The notes under the pieces are model-generated. The model was given only the letters and a program-made list of their open reading frames with translations, did not search any database and was not told the origin of the DNA. From positions 54,374,001 to 54,438,000 of the forward strand of contig OZ320321.1 in NCBI GenBank assembly GCA_976226885.1: DNA of 64,000 nucleotides. Reading direction: 5' to 3'. Position 1 is the first letter of the stretch. Every line of letters begins with the position of its first letter. Shown piece by piece: positions 63,629 through 64,000 of this stretch. The translations under genes and the position numbers were made by a program. This DNA is from Iphione sp. A-MEVVRFRX5. Lineage: Eukaryota.

Positions 63629-64000
63629 ATGAAATTTGTAATACAGCACTTTAATGTTCAAAGCATATTTAAAAAGTTAAAAATTGTTCATGATGACATT
63701 ATTCAGTCGAATTCTGTAATAACCTGCTTCACTGAGACTTGGCTAAGAAATAGTATTAATGATTCCTCACTCATAATGCACGGATATCATATTCTTCGAC
63801 AAGATCGAGCTTCAAATAAAAAATTAATGGGAGGGGGTATACTCGTCTATGTCAAGAATGACTGCACTATCAGGAGTGTTGATGAACTGTCTATCAACTG
63901 TGATCTATTTGAATGTCTAGCTTTTAGGTTAACATGTAGAAAATTTAAATCATTCATAGTGATTGTACTATACAGACCGCCAGATGGCTCGGTCAATGCC
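63629..64000 (+). CDS. LINE ORF2 N-terminus, APE-type endonuclease (open to the window end)
   Basis: My translation: MKFVIQHFNVQSI...CFTETWL...GYHILRQDR...GGGILVYVK...VLYRPPDG, the hallmark CR1/L2 endonuclease motifs. Missing from the ORF track because it has no stop. Confidence 0.93.
   Translation, partial: MKFVIQHFNVQSIFKKLKIVHDDIIQSNSVITCFTETWLRNSINDSSLIMHGYHILRQDRASNKKLMGGGILVYVKNDCTIRSVDELSINCDLFECLAFRLTCRKFKSFIVIVLYRPPDGSVNA

Larger units (their letters stand above)
61230..64000 (+). mobile_element. 5' part of a CR1/L2-group non-LTR retrotransposon (LINE), antisense in an ECHS1 intron, truncated by the window end
   Basis: A-rich sense strand; intronless ORF1-like gene followed by an APE endonuclease ORF; left boundary approximate. 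Confidence 0.9.

Overview
Eukaryotic (metazoan) genomic DNA with GT-AG introns. An invertebrate deuterostome such as amphioxus is my inference from gene style and TE content, not something I can show. Most of the window is one large plus-strand gene of the MPRIP/TRIOBP/outspread family (PH domain plus long C-terminal coiled coil). I assembled 20 phase-compatible exons from 26062 to the stop at 56632 (10,122 nt, about 3,370 aa), including a 4,487-nt exon. The N-terminal PH domain is not in the window. The first 26 kb looks like a long intron holding several candidate alternative first exons or microexons and transposon remnants. Convergent to it on the minus strand are the last three exons of an enoyl-CoA hydratase (ECHS1). 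Inside the next ECHS1 intron, antisense, is the 5' part of a CR1/L2-type non-LTR retrotransposon, cut off by the window end. This element is the most unusual feature. Its ORF1 (coiled coil plus RRM-like region) carries a C-terminal NADAR/YbiA-like domain, followed by a separate SGNH-like ORF and then an APE endonuclease ORF2. Also present: a 626-bp PIF/Harbinger-like MITE, microsatellites and three assembly gaps. All homology calls come from motif recognition by eye; no searches were run.
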